11,963 nt of DNA, taken from an uncultured archaeon. GTDB lineage: Archaea; Iainarchaeota; Iainarchaeia; Iainarchaeales; CSSED10-239. Numbering within the stretch: the first letter of the stretch is position 1; each line of letters begins with the position of its first letter. The translations under genes and the position numbers were made by a program. The DNA lies in the NCBI GenBank assembly GCA_964463155.1, contig CAYXAY010000002.1, forward strand, positions 40,042 through 52,004, written 5' to 3'. Shown here piece after piece: positions 11,844 through 11,963 of this stretch. The notes under the pieces are model-generated. The model worked only from the letters and a program-made list of their open reading frames with translations. It had not been told where the DNA came from and searched no databases.

Positions 11844-11963
11844 TTACTGTTTCTGCAGTAATTTTTTCAATACTTTCGTAATAGGTATACTTGCTCCAGA
11901 AATGTCCGTTGGGATATTTTTTTTTAAATCCTGGAAAGATTGTAAAAATGTTGTATGCACTAT
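11844..11963 (-). CDS. possible C-terminal fragment of a CDS entering from the window end
   Basis: The frame is open from 11963 to the TAA at 11846..11844: IVHTTFLQSFQDLKKNIPTDISGASIPITKVLKKLLQKQ. It is too short to classify, and coding status is not established. Confidence 0.25.
   Translation of the reverse strand: MVHTTFLQSFQDLKKNIPTDISGASIPITKVLKKLLQKQ

Noticed and set aside
1-11963. CRISPR arrays, rRNA genes, transposases, or known defence or toxin-antitoxin modules
   Set aside because: I scanned for regularly spaced direct repeats and hallmark protein motifs and saw none. The only repeats are the short ones listed above.

Overview
Visibly AT-rich, tightly packed window that looks archaeal. 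It has an HMf-type histone, TATA-like boxes about 25-30 nt upstream of starts (several mRNAs look leaderless), oligo-T terminators, and tRNAs without encoded CCA. The small proteins and low GC suggest a DPANN/nanoarchaeal-type genome, but that is inference only. I support about 16 CDS, mostly housekeeping: PolB-exo-like DEDDy exonuclease, KTSC protein, MscL, DUF4405-like membrane protein, Trbp111/CsaA-like tRNA-binding protein, UPF0173 MBL hydrolase, histone, PHP phosphoesterase, archaeal-type cytidylate kinase, GT-B glycosyltransferase, and a CPA2 antiporter with an RCK domain. There are also a few orphan proteins and three minus-strand tRNAs: Ser-GGA, Ser-UGA and Gly-CCC. I see no rRNA, CRISPR array, transposase, integrase or recognisable defence genes. 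Four things stand out. (1) A roughly 116-nt element of nested perfect palindromes (11695..11810) sits in a ~330-bp gap between convergent genes, next to an orphan protein with a Hin/resolvase-like GRP+HTH tail. (2) A G10/C10 homopolymer lies in the promoter region of a membrane-anchored surface protein. (3) Both tRNA-Ser genes have a GTGC-N3/4-GCAC palindrome whose proximal edge is exactly 37 nt upstream of tRNA position 1, followed by unusually GC-rich hairpin-forming sequence. (4) An unexplained ~50-nt GC-rich intergenic island lies at 3551..3600. All family calls come from motif recognition by eye; no searches were run.
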